Shown one piece after another: positions 48,413 through 59,049 of a stretch of 64,000 nucleotides of DNA. Position numbers and translations under genes: made by a program. The notes under the pieces are model-generated. The model had not been told where the DNA came from and ran no database searches. It worked only from the letters and a program-made list of their open reading frames with translations. The DNA lies in assembly GCA_045535075.1 (NCBI GenBank), contig JAZSKX010000015.1, positions 32,001 to 96,000 of the forward strand, in the 5' to 3' direction. Source of the DNA: Candidatus Spyradenecus sp. (GTDB lineage Bacteria; Verrucomicrobiota; Verrucomicrobiia; Opitutales; UBA953). Position 1 is the stretch's first letter, and each line of letters begins with the position of its first letter.

Positions 48413-51241
48413 TTACAGAAACTTGGCGGTGGGGGTGGAGGCGCGGGAGCGAAGTTCCTCGGGCGTTCCCGTGAAGATGAGTTGACCGCCTGCGTTCCCG
48501 CCGCAGGGACCGAGCTCGACGATCCAATCCGCGCAGCGCACGACGTCGCTGTTGTGTTCGATAACGATGAGCGTGTGCCCGGCGTCGCGCAGTTTAAAAA
48601 GCAAATTCATGAGCAGGCGGATGTCGTCCCAATGCAGGCCCGTCGTCGGTTCGTCGAGCAGGTAAAGTGTGCGTTCCCGCTTGCGCTTGGAAAGCTCGAG
48701 CGCGAGTTTGAGGCGTTGCGCTTCGCCGCCGGAAAGGGTCGGCGCGGGTTGCCCGAGTTTCAGATAGCCCAGCCCGACTTCGTCGAGCGTTGTAAGTAAA
48801 TTTCGGATACTCGGTTGAGCGCGGAAAAACGTGCACGCGTCGGCGACGGTCATATCGAGCACTTCCGCGATGTTCAGCCCTTTGAAAAGCACTTCGAGTG
48901 TTTCGCGGTTGTAGCGCGCGCCGCGGCAACTCGGACACTCAACCCAGGTTTCGCCGAGAAACTGCATGTCGAGCGCGATTTGCCCTTCGCCCTGGCATTT
49001 TTCGCAGCGTCCGCCGCGTTTGTTAAACGAAAATCTTCCCGCGTCGTAGCCGCGCATTTTGGCGAGCGGCGTGGCGGCGTAAAGTTTTCTCAACAAGTCA
49101 AAAATCCCGGTAAACGTTGCCGGATTCGAGCGCGGCGAGCGCCCGATAGGCGCTTGGTCAATGCGAACGAAACCTTCAAAATTTTCCAATCCGTCTATTC
49201 CTGCGTGCTTGCCGGGAACGCATTTCGCACGATTGATTTTGCGCGCGGCGGCGTTGCCGAGAATGCCGTTGACGAGCGTGGATTTGCCCGAGCCGGAAAC
49301 GCCGCAGACAACGGTCAGCGCGCCGCACGGGAACGCGACATCGATGTTTTTCAAATTGTTTTCCGCCGCGCCGCGCACGGTAAAAAATCGCTTCGCGGGA
49401 ACGCGCGGAAAAACTTCGGTGAGCTCACGGGAACGCGCGTCCGATGAAGTATTCAGAAATTGAGCCGTGCGTGATTTCCCTTCGGCAAGGCATTCGGGGA
49501 GCGTTCCCGAAAAGACGAGCGTGCCGCCTTGCGTTCCCGCTCCGGGACCGATTTCTACGACGTGATCCGCCGCCAAAATCGTGTCGCGGTCGTGTTCGAC
49601 AACGAGAACGCTGTTCCCGCGTTTGCGCAAATCTTTCATCTGCGCAATCAGCCGCGCGTGGTCCGCCGGGTGCAAGCCGATGCTCGGTTCGTCCAAAATA
49701 TAAGTTACGCCGACGAGGCCCAAGCCGAGTTGCGCGGCAAGGCGCACGCGCTGAACTTCGCCGCCGGAAAGCGTCGAGTAGGCGCGATTCAGCGTCAGGT
49801 AAGAAAGCCCGGTTGTATCCAAAAATCGGAGACGTTTTTCCAAGCCAGCGCGCGCGTCTTCCACGGGCGCAACTGCGGGAACGCTTTTCAGATTTTTGAC
49901 AAAATCAAGCGCGGCGGGAACGCTCATCGCGAAAAAATCGCCGACGGATTTTCCGCCGAGTTTCACGGCGAGTGCGCGCGGATTCAGGCGCAATCCGCCG
50001 CACGCAGCGCAGGGCGCGGAATGCTGAAACGCGAGTAAACGCGTGCGCAGAAGCAGGCTCGATGTCGAGGTTGCCGTTTTTTTCAAGTCGGCGAGCACGC
50101 CTTCGAAGGGGCGCGGCGCGGGCTTGCGGCGACCGTTTTTCAACAGGAATTCTTTTTCTCCGCTCCCGAAAAGGATGAGCTTTTGCGTTCCCGCGTCGAG
50201 TTTTTCCCAAGGCTCTTTCAGTGAAAACGGCACTTGCTCGGCGAGCTGGCGCAGCCACGCGTTGCGCTGGGTAATCATTTTTTTCGAGCCGTAGCGCCAA
50301 GGCTTGATCGCGCCGTCTTTGAGCGATTTTTTCGGGTCGGGAACGATGAGTTCGGGTAAAAATTGCGGTGTTTCGCCGAGTCCGCCGCACGCGGGGCACG
50401 CGCCGTCGGGGTGGCTTTCGGAAAAATTTTTCGGCGAGAGTGCCTCGTAGGTTTTTCCGCAGATTGTGCAGGAAAAATCGAGGCGAAGGGGAATTTCCTT
50501 TTCTTCTGCGGGAAGCAGGGCGAAGGCGCGGTTTTTGCCTTCGCGAAAGGCGAGTTCGAGCGAGTCGGCAAGGCGGGAACGCGCGTCGGCGGAAACGACG
50601 AGGCGGTCGACGATGAGATCGAGTGCGAGGACTCCTTTTTTTTCAAACTTGGGCAATTCGTCGTCGAGGTCGAAAATTTCGCCGTCGATGCGAATGCGCT
50701 GGAAACCGCGCCGGCGGAGGTTTTCGAGCTCGTCGTCGAGTAGTTTTCGTTTAATTTGCGTGTAGGGAGCGCCAAGGATGAGTTTCGTTCCCGCGGGCAG
50801 GGCGCAGAGTTGTCCGAGGCAATCGTCGAGCGTGCGGCGCGTGATTTCGCCGCCGTCGTCCGGGCAAAATTGCGTTCCCGCGACGGACCAGAGCAGGCGG
50901 GCGTAGTCGGCGATTTCGGTGGCGGTGGCGACGGTGGCGCGCGGGTTGTTGTTGGCGGAGCTGCGTTGTTCGATGGCGATGACGGGCGAGAGTCCGTGGA
51001 TGAAATCGACGTCCGGGCGCGGAATTTGCTCCAGATTCGCGCGCATTTTTGCCGAAAGGCTTTCCAAATATTGGCGTGCGCCCTCGGCGTAAATTGTGTC
51101 GAACGCGAGCGAGGATTTCCCGGATCCGGAAACTCCGGTAATTACGACGAGCTTTCCGCGCGGGATCCGAAGCTCGATGTTCTTCAGATTGTGTTCCCGC
51201 GCGCCTTTGACGTGAATTGTTCCCGGGGAAATTTCGCTCAC
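48413..51241 (-). CDS. uvrA: Excinuclease ABC subunit A
   Basis: [24 protein letters not shown], zinc fingers, LSGGE twice and DEPTTGLH. Confidence 0.96.
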   Translation of the reverse strand: MSEISPGTIHVKGAREHNLKNIELRIPRGKLVVITGVSGSGKSSLAFDTIYAEGARQYLESLSAKMRANLEQIPRPDVDFIHGLSPVIAIEQRSSANNNPRATVATATEIADYARLLWSVAGTQFCPDDGGEITRRTLDDCLGQLCALPAGTKLILGAPYTQIKRKLLDDELENLRRRGFQRIRIDGEIFDLDDELPKFEKKGVLALDLIVDRLVVSADARSRLADSLELAFREGKNRAFALLPAEEKEIPLRLDFSCTICGKTYEALSPKNFSESHPDGACPACGGLGETPQFLPELIVPDPKKSLKDGAIKPWRYGSKKMITQRNAWLRQLAEQVPFSLKEPWEKLDAGTQKLILFGSGEKEFLLKNGRRKPAPRPFEGVLADLKKTATSTSSLLLRTRLLAFQHSAPCAACGGLRLNPRALAVKLGGKSVGDFFAMSVPAALDFVKNLKSVPAVAPVEDARAGLEKRLRFLDTTGLSYLTLNRAYSTLSGGEVQRVRLAAQLGLGLVGVTYILDEPSIGLHPADHARLIAQMKDLRKRGNSVLVVEHDRDTILAADHVVEIGPGAGTQGGTLVFSGTLPECLAEGKSRTAQFLNTSSDARSRELTEVFPRVPAKRFFTVRGAAENNLKNIDVAFPCGALTVVCGVSGSGKSTLVNGILGNAAARKINRAKCVPGKHAGIDGLENFEGFVRIDQAPIGRSPRSNPATFTGIFDLLRKLYAATPLAKMRGYDAGRFSFNKRGGRCEKCQGEGQIALDMQFLGETWVECPSCRGARYNRETLEVLFKGLNIAEVLDMTVADACTFFRAQPSIRNLLTTLDEVGLGYLKLGQPAPTLSGGEAQRLKLALELSKRKRERTLYLLDEPTTGLHWDDIRLLMNLLFKLRDAGHTLIVIEHNSDVVRCADWIVELGPCGGNAGGQLIFTGTPEELRSRASTPTAKFL

Positions 51242-51247
51242 GGCGAT

Positions 51248-51445
51248 TTAGCGTTGGCGATTGATGGCGTCAATAAGCGCTTGATTGCGTTCCCGTGCTT
51301 TTTCGTCGGCGACAACGAGAATGGCATGAATCATTCCCGGCACCCAGCCGAGGAAGCACAGCAACAGATTGAGCAGAAATTGAAACGGCTTTCCGCAAAG
51401 CAGGACTGCCAGCGGCGGAAGCAAAATTGCAATCAGATACAGCAT
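51248..51445 (-). CDS. YqaE/Pmp3 family membrane protein
   Basis: IAILLPPLAV..LLCFLGWVPGMIHA. Confidence 0.88.
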   Translation of the reverse strand: MLYLIAILLPPLAVLLCGKPFQFLLNLLLCFLGWVPGMIHAILVVADEKARERNQALIDAINRQR

Positions 51446-51525
51446 AATGATTCCAATTATCGCCTCCTGCGGGAACGTCGCAAAGTTAAAATAAAAAAAG
51501 TGTTTCAGTTGCGGGGACGGGACTT

Positions 51526-52623
51526 TTAGCTTTTTACGTAAACGGTTTGCGTCGGAAACGCAAATTCAAGTCCGGTTTCGTTGAATCGCCTCAGAATTGC
51601 GAGATTGAGATTGTGTTTAAAACGAAGAAATTCGGCGTAGTCCGACGATGCGAAATGATAAACGGCAGTGATGTTGAGTGAGGCGTCTTGGAAGCGACTG
51701 AAATAGACGCGCGGGGCGGTTGTTCCGTTTTGAACGCAGAGCGGGTCGTTAAGTAATTGACGAATAATTACAACGGCGTTTTCGATTTGCTCGGGTTGCG
51801 TCGAGTAAATCAGCCCGAGGTTGATTTCGTCACGGATTGTTTCCCGAGCCGTTACGGTTCGGATTATTCGATTGGCGAGATCGCCGTTGGGAATGCTCAG
51901 TACCGAGCCGTCGCGGGATCGAATCCGCGTTGAGCGCACGCCGACTTCTTCGACCGTTCCCGCGAGTTCGGTTCCGATGTCAATCATGTCGCCGACTTGA
52001 AACGGGCGGTCGAGAATCAACATCAGCGAGCCGAAAAAGTTTTTGACGGTATCCTGCGATGCTAAGCCGACGGCGAGCCCGCCGATGCCGAGCATCGCGA
52101 TAATTTCGGCGGGTTGGGTGTCGGTTGCAATGCGGATAATGATCAGGATTCCGATCCCGAGGATGCCGATTTTCATTAGTGCGGCAAAGAGCGGAAGTAG
52201 CGTTGCCGCCGATTTACTGCTTGGAGAGGCGTATCGGCGAATCAACGCGAGCGGCAGGCGAACGAGGTTCCAAGTGAAAACGGCGAGCGAGCAGGAGACA
52301 AAAATCCAAAAGAGGCGCGACAGAGCTTTCGTGGCTTCGGGCGGAAGATTTGCCGTGTTTCCGGAATAAATCGCGAATGCGATGAAGCCGATTCCGGTAA
52401 AAAGGAAAATTCCGGTTCGCGCGAGTGCTTCGAGGATTGTTCCCGCGATTATTTTTCGCGTCGGGATTGCTGCCGTTCCCGTCGGCTTCAACAGTATTTT
52501 TGACGCAAATAAGAAAAATTTTCGTAGTGCCCCTCCGATTGCAATTCCGCATAAAACAAAGGCAACAAGTTGAATTGCCGAGATTGCATCGGGAATCAGA
52601 GCCTTAAAAACAACAGAAATCAT
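51526..52623 (-). CDS. MscS family mechanosensitive channel
   Basis: GIGGLAVGLASQDTVKNFFGS..DRPFQVGD, GVRST, IPN and FAFPTQT. Confidence 0.92.
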   Translation of the reverse strand: MISVVFKALIPDAISAIQLVAFVLCGIAIGGALRKFFLFASKILLKPTGTAAIPTRKIIAGTILEALARTGIFLFTGIGFIAFAIYSGNTANLPPEATKALSRLFWIFVSCSLAVFTWNLVRLPLALIRRYASPSSKSAATLLPLFAALMKIGILGIGILIIIRIATDTQPAEIIAMLGIGGLAVGLASQDTVKNFFGSLMLILDRPFQVGDMIDIGTELAGTVEEVGVRSTRIRSRDGSVLSIPNGDLANRIIRTVTARETIRDEINLGLIYSTQPEQIENAVVIIRQLLNDPLCVQNGTTAPRVYFSRFQDASLNITAVYHFASSDYAEFLRFKHNLNLAILRRFNETGLEFAFPTQTVYVKS

Positions 52624-52752
52624 ATTAAAGAATAAGCGTCGGAGTGTCTGGTATTTGACCGGGAATTTCGGATTTTCGTTCTCGTTTTTGCCGGATTCTT
52701 TTGTTTTGTGTTTGTGATAAATTCGGGAAAAATTAAGCCAATTTATTTTTAC

Positions 52753-53865
52753 ATGGACACGGAACTCTTCGATTACGACTTGCCGGAACGCTTAATCGCG
52801 CAAACGCCCGCCGCCCGGCGGGAAGATTCGCGTCTGCTTGTCGTAGAGCGGAAATCGGGAACGCTCAGGCACTGCATCTTTCGCGATTTGCCCGATTTGC
52901 TGCCTGCGGGAACGCGAATGTTTCGTAACAATGCCGCTGTCTTGCAGGCGCGGCTTCCCGGTGTCCGCGAAGGCTCCGGCGGCAAGGTCGAATGCCTGCT
53001 GCTGCGCCCGGGCGAGATCCCGACGCGTTGGTGGTGCCTGCTCAAACCCGGGAAGAAAGCCGCTTCGGGAAGCTTCGGAATTGAAGGTGTCTATCGTGCG
53101 CACGTTGTCGCAAAAGAAGATTGCGTTGACGGCGGCGGAGAGTACTTGGTCGAGTTCGAAATCCTTCTTCCGCAGGGCAATGTGCTTGATGTTGCCGCGC
53201 AAGTCGGCTCGCTCCCGCTCCCGCCTTATATTACGCGTTCGCGCCCGAAGGACGCGGATTTTTCCGAGCTGGATAAAGAGCGTTATCAGACCGTTTACGC
53301 GTTTCGGGAAAATCCCGTTGCCGCTGCTGCGCCGACAGCCGGATTGCATTTTTCCGACGCGTTGCTGGAACGCTTGCGTTCCCGTGATGTTCCGCAATTC
53401 GATTTGACGCTTCACATCGGACTGGGAACATTCCAGCCGATTAAATCCGCAACGATTGAAGCGCATCCGATGCACAAGGAATTTTACACGATTCCTGCGA
53501 AAACGCGGGAACAGCTTGAAATCATTTGCCCGGAAAAATCGCCTCGCCTTGCCGTCGGAACAACCAGCTTGCGTGCCATGGAAGACTTCGCGCGCCGCCG
53601 CGCCGCCGGAGATCCGCTTATTCCCGAGGCGGGAAGCGTTGCCGCAACCGCCGGGCTTTTTGTCTATCCTCCGCAAACGATTTCCGGCGCGGATATTATG
53701 ATCACGAATTTTCACCTGCCGAAATCGACGCTTATGTGTTTGATTTCGACATTTCTCGCTCCGGGTGAAATGCGCGGAATTCAATGGCTAAAGGAAATTT
53801 ACGCCGAAGCCGTTTCCCGCGAATACCGATTTTACAGCTACGGCGATGCGATGCTGATTCTTTAG
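52753..53865 (+). CDS. queA: S-adenosylmethionine:tRNA ribosyltransferase-isomerase
   Basis: FDYDLPERLIAQ, PLPPYI, YQTVYA, AAPTAGLHF, TNFHLPKSTL and YRFYSYGDAM. Confidence 0.96.
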   Translation: MDTELFDYDLPERLIAQTPAARREDSRLLVVERKSGTLRHCIFRDLPDLLPAGTRMFRNNAAVLQARLPGVREGSGGKVECLLLRPGEIPTRWWCLLKPGKKAASGSFGIEGVYRAHVVAKEDCVDGGGEYLVEFEILLPQGNVLDVAAQVGSLPLPPYITRSRPKDADFSELDKERYQTVYAFRENPVAAAAPTAGLHFSDALLERLRSRDVPQFDLTLHIGLGTFQPIKSATIEAHPMHKEFYTIPAKTREQLEIICPEKSPRLAVGTTSLRAMEDFARRRAAGDPLIPEAGSVAATAGLFVYPPQTISGADIMITNFHLPKSTLMCLISTFLAPGEMRGIQWLKEIYAEAVSREYRFYSYGDAMLIL

Positions 53866-53934
53866 GTGATTGCAAATCCGAGGCTTGATGTTTGAGAGTT
53901 GAAATTTAAAACTTAGAAAAACCCCGTTAAAATT

Positions 53935-55317
53935 ATGAATAAACTTTCCGTTAAAAATGCTCTTTCCGCGAGCGTTCCCGCAGACGAAGTGCTTGTCCAA
54001 GGTTGGGTGCGTACGCGCCGCGATTCCAAGGCGTTTTCTTTTATCGAGCTCAACGACGGCTCGTGCCAAAAGAACCTGCAAATCATCGTCGATGCAAATT
54101 GCCCCGGCTATGAGAATGTAAAGAATACGCTTACGGGAGCGGCGGTTTCCGTTGTCGGCGCGCTCGTCGCCTCGCAAGGGAAAGGACAAAGTTGGGAAGT
54201 TCACGCGAAAGATTTTCGCCTCGTCGGGACGGCGCCGGATTCGTTCCCGCTTCAGAAAAAAGGACACACGGTTGAATTTCTGCGCGATATTCCGCACTTG
54301 CGCGCCCGGACAAATCGCCTCGGCGCGATGTTCCGCGTGCGTTCCCGCCTTGCGTACGCCGTGCATAACTTTTTCCAGTCCCGCGGCTTCGCTTATGTTC
54401 ACACGCCGATTATCACAACCAGCGATTGCGAAGGCGCCGGCGAACTTTTTCGCGTGACGACGCTCCCGCAGGACGCGCTTCCGAAAACGCCGGACGGCAA
54501 AATTGATTACGCGCAGGATTTCTTCGCCCGCCAATCTTTCCTCACCGTCAGCGGACAGCTCGAAGCCGAAACGCTCGCCTGTGCCCTCGGCAACGTTTAT
54601 ACGTTCGGGCCGACGTTTCGCGCGGAAAATTCGCACACATCGCGCCATGCCAGCGAGTTTTGGATGATTGAACCCGAAATGGCATTTTGCGATATTTTCG
54701 GCGATATCGATATGGCGGAGGCGTTTATTAAACATCTCATCGCCGATATTTTGGAAAATTGCCCGGATGAAATCGCGTTCTTCGACAAATTTGTCAGCAA
54801 AGGCTTGCGGGAACGCCTGCAGGCGGTTTTGGACAATCCGTTTGTGCGCGTTTCTTACACGGACGCGATTGAGATTCTTCAAAAATCCGGTGAAACGTTC
54901 GAGTTTCCGCCGGTTTGGGGCGAAGCGCTTCAGTCTGAACACGAGCGCTTCCTGACGGAAAAACACTTCCGCTCGCCGGTCGCCGTTTACAATTATCCGC
55001 GCAAGGCAAAACCGTTTTACATGCGTCAAAATGACGACGGGAAAACCGTCGCGGCGGCGGATTTGCTCGTTCCCGGAATCGGCGAAATCGTCGGCGGGAG
55101 CCAGCGTGAAGAACGCTTGGAGCGCCTTTTGGAGGCGATGCGGGAACACGGCTTGAGCGAAGAGGATTACGGCTGGTATGTTGATTTGCGCCGCTTCGGC
55201 AGTGTGCCGCATTCCGGTTTCGGTTTGGGCTTCGAGCGTATGTTGATGTTTGTTACCGGCGAAGGGAATATCCGCGACGTCATTCCGTTCCCGCGTACGC
55301 CGGGAAATGCCCGCTAG
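53935..55317 (+). CDS. asnS: Asparagine--tRNA ligase
   Basis: [42 protein letters not shown] and GFGLGFER. Confidence 0.96.
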   Translation: MNKLSVKNALSASVPADEVLVQGWVRTRRDSKAFSFIELNDGSCQKNLQIIVDANCPGYENVKNTLTGAAVSVVGALVASQGKGQSWEVHAKDFRLVGTAPDSFPLQKKGHTVEFLRDIPHLRARTNRLGAMFRVRSRLAYAVHNFFQSRGFAYVHTPIITTSDCEGAGELFRVTTLPQDALPKTPDGKIDYAQDFFARQSFLTVSGQLEAETLACALGNVYTFGPTFRAENSHTSRHASEFWMIEPEMAFCDIFGDIDMAEAFIKHLIADILENCPDEIAFFDKFVSKGLRERLQAVLDNPFVRVSYTDAIEILQKSGETFEFPPVWGEALQSEHERFLTEKHFRSPVAVYNYPRKAKPFYMRQNDDGKTVAAADLLVPGIGEIVGGSQREERLERLLEAMREHGLSEEDYGWYVDLRRFGSVPHSGFGLGFERMLMFVTGEGNIRDVIPFPRTPGNAR

Positions 55318-55342
55318 GAAATTTTGCTCCCGGATCGGCAGA

Positions 55343-55720
55343 TTACAATGCCGGTTCGGGGCGGGAAATGCGGACGGAAATGTCGCCGAACGGCGTCGGA
55401 ATCGGAGCTTCCGGCTTGTGGATTTCAACGTCGATGCTTTTCAGAAGCGGAAATTCAGCCAAGAGAGTTCCCGCGATTTTTTCGGCGAGCGCTTCAATTA
55501 AATTAAAGCCGGGCTTGGCTGAAACGATTTCGACGACACGCGCGATGACGGCGGCGTAGTTGACGGTTTTTGCCAGCTCATCGCTTGTTCCCGCAGGTTT
55601 TAAATCGAGCGAAAGCGTGAGCGTGATGTAGAAATTTTGTCCGTTCTCTTTTTCTTCCGGCAAAACGCCGTGGTAGCCGAATGTATGTATTTTTTCGATA
55701 CGGATTTTATCGCTTGGCAT
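55343..55720 (-). CDS. folB: Dihydroneopterin aldolase
   Basis: GYHGV..EK..GQ, SDEL..TVNY, LIEALAE and KP.API. Confidence 0.92.
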   Translation of the reverse strand: MPSDKIRIEKIHTFGYHGVLPEEKENGQNFYITLTLSLDLKPAGTSDELAKTVNYAAVIARVVEIVSAKPGFNLIEALAEKIAGTLLAEFPLLKSIDVEIHKPEAPIPTPFGDISVRISRPEPAL

Positions 55721-56750
55721 TTTGAATTTCCTCCAGCATGACGGCGACGTTTTCGATGCAGGCTTGCGGTTGAATGCCGTGTCCGAGATTAAAAATAAAT
55801 CCGCTTTCTCCGTGCATTTCGTCAAGAATTTCCCGTGTGCGTTCCCGTACGATTTGCGGATTTTTCAAATTTAAGATGCACGGATCGAGATTGCCCTGAA
55901 GCGCGAGGCGCGTTCCCGCAGGAAGGTTTTTACGGATGCCGGAAAGCGAATGCGTCCAGTCGACGCCGAGGACGCTTGCGCCGGTTTTTGCGACGGAGCC
56001 GGCAAGATGAGCCATGCCTTTTGCGAAAACGATAACGGGTACGTTTGCGGGAACGGCGGCGATGATTTTACGAATCCAGCGCAGTGAAAGTGCTTCGTAT
56101 TCCCGTGCGGTACAAAGCGAAGCCCAGGAGTCAAAAAGCTGAACGGCGTCAACGCCCGCCGCAATTTGCATTTGTAAGTAAGCGATAATTGCGTCGGAAA
56201 GTTTTTCCATCAGCGCGTTAAAATCAGCGGGATGTTCGGCGGCAAGCTCTTTAATTTTTGAAAATTGTTTGGAAGAGCCGCCTTCCACCATATAGGTCGC
56301 CAGTGTCCACGGCGTTCCCGCGAATCCGAGCAAGGCTCGCGTGCCGCCGAGGCGTTCCCGTACGATTTTTTGCGCGGCGGGAACGTAGGCGAGTTTTTCG
56401 TAAACTTCATCGGCGGTTCCGAGACGTCGGATTTGTTCGGCGGAATCGAGTGTAAATTCCATGGAAATGCCGCCGTTGCCGAAGCGGTAATTTTGCCCGA
56501 GGGCTTCGGGAATGACGAGGATATCGCTGAACGTGATTGCCGCATCCAGCGTTTCAAAGCGTTGCACGGGCTGGAGCGTTACCTCTGCCGCCAGTTCCGG
56601 CGTTTTTACCAAAGTGAGAAAATCGTAGCGTTCTTTGAGCGCGCGATATTCCGGCAAATAGCGTCCGGCTTGGCGCATAATCCAAACAGGCGGGCGATCC
56701 GTCGGTTCACAACGGGCGGCGGCGAGAAAACGTTCGCGGGAAGAAATCAT
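55707..56750 (-). CDS. hemE: Uroporphyrinogen decarboxylase
   Basis: PVWIMRQAGRYLPEY, FSDIL, FDSWA, QGNLDP and NLGHGI. Confidence 0.95.
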   Translation of the reverse strand: MISSRERFLAAARCEPTDRPPVWIMRQAGRYLPEYRALKERYDFLTLVKTPELAAEVTLQPVQRFETLDAAITFSDILVIPEALGQNYRFGNGGISMEFTLDSAEQIRRLGTADEVYEKLAYVPAAQKIVRERLGGTRALLGFAGTPWTLATYMVEGGSSKQFSKIKELAAEHPADFNALMEKLSDAIIAYLQMQIAAGVDAVQLFDSWASLCTAREYEALSLRWIRKIIAAVPANVPVIVFAKGMAHLAGSVAKTGASVLGVDWTHSLSGIRKNLPAGTRLALQGNLDPCILNLKNPQIVRERTREILDEMHGESGFIFNLGHGIQPQACIENVAVMLEEIQNAKR

Positions 56751-56756
56751 ATTTTT

Positions 56757-58427
56757 TTATTTGAGGAATCGTGAGGCGGCATCGATGCGTTCCCGCGCTG
56801 CTTTTGTTTGTGCGGCGTGTGCGCTTCCGAAACCGGCTTCGACGGTGAAGGTTTCGCTTAAAAACTTTTCCAGCTCGGCGACGGCATTTTTGAGTTCGGC
56901 GGGAGCGCCGGGTTCACGGGCGGCTTCGCGGAGGATGCGGATTTTTTCAAAATCTTCGATGCCGTCGCGTAGTGTTTCGAAGCGCAAAGTCGTGCGATTT
57001 CCCGGATAGACAAGGAAACAGTCGCCGGCGGGCCAATAGCGTTTCGGCCAGCGGCAATCCGCAAACGGATTGTCGACCCACGAGTTGTACGCCCAGCGCA
57101 GAAGACCGTCGAAGCGGTTTGCTGCCGTGTAGAGCAAAAGCCAGTGCGGTTCGGCGGCGGTCGAATGCGGGAACGTGTTCGGTTTTGCCGGATTCGTGCA
57201 GACGTAGCAAGTCGTTTTGCGCTTGTCTTCTCGGCGGGAATTTGTGAGCTCGGTGAGCCCGTTCGAGTGCTGAAAAACAACCGAAATGTCGTGGACGAAA
57301 TGCGCCATCTTGGTCGGGCGATCGACGGCTGAAACGATTTTGAGTTCCGGAGCGTATTTTTCGACGACTCCGCGTGCGGCGTTGACGAGATGATCCGGGC
57401 GTTCGTCGAGCGCGATGCAGGTTTTTTCAAGCAAGCCGCGTTTTTTCAGGTGCGCGCGAAAGTTTGTCAAAAATGCTTTCCACGTGGCATCGTAATCGGG
57501 CGATTTCGGGTCGAGCGAAATTGTTTTTTCCGTTCCCGCGGCTTCGTCGAAGTAAGTTGTTTTAAGCGACCATGAAACCATTGTATAGCAGGAGATTTGC
57601 TCTTTGATTCCGATTTCTTTCGTCATGAAATCGACGTATTTGTCGAACGCCGTGTAGTCGAATTCCCATTTTCCGGATTTATTTTTGCGCCATTTGACCA
57701 TCGAACTCCAGTGGTCGCGCGTTTGGTGATCCCAAGGTTCTTCGATGATGGAGCAGGTAATGACTTTTTGCCCGGCGGCGGCGAGACGTTTCATAATCGG
57801 CTTCATCGCCTCGAAGTGTTCCCGCGACCAAAGCTTTGTTCCCGTCCAACGGGCAATCGCCTCCGGATGTTGCCAAAGGTCGAGGTGAATTGTCCAATCC
57901 TGCGGCGGGGGAAGTTGCGCGGGAAGGACTTCGATTTCCGCTATTTTTTGAGATTTCCCGTTAATTTCGAGAAACAGGCGATATTTCCCGGGAGAAATTT
58001 GCGCTTGTGCGGTATCGACGGAAACGAGCAGGACGGCTTCGCCGGCGGGAATTTTAAAGCCCGTTCCCGCAGGCTCGACGATGTCGGCGACGGATGTGCC
58101 GCCTTGACCGATTGTCGATCGGACATATTCCGCGACTGCAGGCGCTTGTATTCTTATGGAACGCCCGCCGGAGCGAGCTTTTTTTTCGCTCTTAATAAAT
58201 GCTCCCAGCTTTGCGTTTTCGGGAAGCGTGGTTTTGATACGAAAAAGAAGAAGTTCGCCGCGCCATGCGACGCGTTTTTCGCCGAGAAAATTTTCGGAAG
58301 CTGCCGTGAGATCGCCCGCGGGAACGAAGGTCATTTCGTCGGCAACTTGGCTTTGTGTGTAGGCTCCGGCTACGGGAACGCCGAACAAGGCGAGTGCGGA
58401 GAAAGAGATGAATTTCCCTAAATTCAT
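56757..58427 (-). CDS. Exported DUF4091 / GH123-like glycoside hydrolase
   Basis: HLDLWQHP, AGQKVIT, SMVKW, ALDE, DGLLRWAYNSW, GDCFLVYPG and LRDGIEDFEKI. Confidence 0.82.
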   Translation of the reverse strand: MNLGKFISFSALALFGVPVAGAYTQSQVADEMTFVPAGDLTAASENFLGEKRVAWRGELLLFRIKTTLPENAKLGAFIKSEKKARSGGRSIRIQAPAVAEYVRSTIGQGGTSVADIVEPAGTGFKIPAGEAVLLVSVDTAQAQISPGKYRLFLEINGKSQKIAEIEVLPAQLPPPQDWTIHLDLWQHPEAIARWTGTKLWSREHFEAMKPIMKRLAAAGQKVITCSIIEEPWDHQTRDHWSSMVKWRKNKSGKWEFDYTAFDKYVDFMTKEIGIKEQISCYTMVSWSLKTTYFDEAAGTEKTISLDPKSPDYDATWKAFLTNFRAHLKKRGLLEKTCIALDERPDHLVNAARGVVEKYAPELKIVSAVDRPTKMAHFVHDISVVFQHSNGLTELTNSRREDKRKTTCYVCTNPAKPNTFPHSTAAEPHWLLLYTAANRFDGLLRWAYNSWVDNPFADCRWPKRYWPAGDCFLVYPGNRTTLRFETLRDGIEDFEKIRILREAAREPGAPAELKNAVAELEKFLSETFTVEAGFGSAHAAQTKAARERIDAASRFLK

Positions 58428-58432
58428 TTTTT

Positions 58433-58939
58433 TTATTTTGCTTGTTTTTTAGAGGCGGGAAGAGTCTTTTGGCACGGAGCATTGGGATCTTCCGCATTGT
58501 TTTTACAAGTGCAATTCGGGCATTGTGCCGTGATTTGCAGGTGTTGAGAGATGAAAGTCAGGCCGTTTTTTTCGGCAACGGCGCGCCCGTACCAATCCAT
58601 AAACGGCGCATCGAACTCGATAATTTTTTCGCAGTTGGTACAGACGATATGACCTTTAAACGTTCCCGCGTTGCGCGTACTTTCGTAGTACTTGAAGTCG
58701 CGCCCGACATTAAGTTCCGTTAGGATTCCGGAACGAATTAAATCCGGGAGCGCACGATAAACCGTGGCTCGGGAAATTTTAGAATATTTCCGGCGGGCGA
58801 CGGTAAGCAAATCTTCTGCGGTAAAATGCCCGTCGTAATGATATGCGGCTTCCCAAATTGCCAAGCGAGGTTGGGTGTTTCTGAGCCCGACGGACGCGAG
58901 CACTTCTCCGAAATTCAAGGTGGGCGGGGGATTTTTCAT
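58433..58939 (-). CDS. Fur family transcriptional regulator
   Basis: GLRNTQPR, HFTAEDL, ISRATVYRAL, HIVCTNC and CPNC. Confidence 0.88.
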   Translation of the reverse strand: MKNPPPTLNFGEVLASVGLRNTQPRLAIWEAAYHYDGHFTAEDLLTVARRKYSKISRATVYRALPDLIRSGILTELNVGRDFKYYESTRNAGTFKGHIVCTNCEKIIEFDAPFMDWYGRAVAEKNGLTFISQHLQITAQCPNCTCKNNAEDPNAPCQKTLPASKKQAK

Positions 58940-59049
58940 GCTAAAATTTGAGACAGTTTTGCGAATAAAGGCAAGCGCGTTCCCGTAGGGCGAGATTGCG
59001 CTTGCAAGCTTGGCGGCGGATAAAGGAGAATTGCGCATAGGCGCTAACG

